Assembly (NCBI GenBank): GCA_963724765.1
Contig: CAVRVY010000004.1
Location: 1,179,175 to 1,243,174, forward strand
Source of the DNA: an uncultured delta proteobacterium
Lineage (GTDB): Bacteria; Desulfobacterota; Binatia; Binatales; Binataceae
DNA length: 64,000 nucleotides
Reading direction: 5' to 3'
How positions within the stretch are numbered: position 1 is the stretch's first letter; the number at the start of each line of letters is the position of its first letter. Of the stretch, positions 63,924 through 64,000 are shown piece by piece. The position numbers and the translations under genes were made by a program. Under the pieces are notes generated by a model that was given only the letters and a program-made list of their open reading frames with translations, searched no databases and had not been told where the DNA came from.

Positions 63924-64000
63924 CTAAAGTCACACTACCACGGACGCCGTTTACAACGCAAGTCTGTGCGCTTACGCTCATAATTGTGAAACGCAAAGAA

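Larger units (their letters stand above)
61601..64000. mobile_element. left end of a tRNA-Leu-targeting integrative element (att fragment, repeat-rich arm, integrase, coupled upstream gene); continues beyond the window
   Basis: A tRNA 3-prime fragment with its truncated side facing a tyrosine integrase 443 nt away, with arm-like repeat clusters in between. Confidence 0.6.

Overview
High-GC bacterial chromosomal segment with about 60 genes and very little non-coding DNA. Most of it is ordinary housekeeping or catabolic content. Left to right:
- A molybdopterin oxidoreductase (partial, runs off the left edge), an APC permease and a MocR regulator.
- Scattered hydrolases and oxidoreductases, including two amidases and several luciferase-like (LLM) enzymes.
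- The conserved PrkA / YeaH(DUF444) / SpoVR triad.
- An operon of a TPP decarboxylase, a truncated acyl-CoA-synthetase-like gene and an SDR.
- UPF0182, a NarL-type two-component pair, a rhomboid protease and dnaB.
- An HsaA-like monooxygenase with a two-subunit N,N-dimethylformamidase-like enzyme.
- A meta-cleavage (extradiol dioxygenase / hydrolase) cluster packed with LLM and ACAD enzymes.
- A STAS / MBL pair, an EVE protein and an Fpg/Nei glycosylase.

The last ~5.5 kb (from ~58.5 kb) looks different by eye: lower GC, a PoxB-like TPP enzyme, two decayed gene fragments, a truncated tRNA-Leu(UAA) 3-prime fragment and a tyrosine integrase. I read this as the junction of an integrative element that continues beyond the right edge.

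I found no rRNA, no intact tRNA, no CRISPR array, no transposase and no recognisable defence or toxin-antitoxin module. I cannot point to a clear multi-gene novel system. The most interesting signals are:
- the tRNA-fragment/integrase junction with its structured repeat array;
- a relic of an RsbW-like kinase lying in frame behind the MBL gene;
- a domain-truncated, motif-degenerate acyl-CoA-synthetase-like gene;
- an apparent frameshift at the 3-prime end of the Fpg/Nei gene;
- several exact intergenic repeats;
- an unexplained ~1.1 kb low-GC gap after dnaB.

All family calls come from motif recognition by eye, not from searches. Start codons were chosen by arithmetic on the supplied ORF track.
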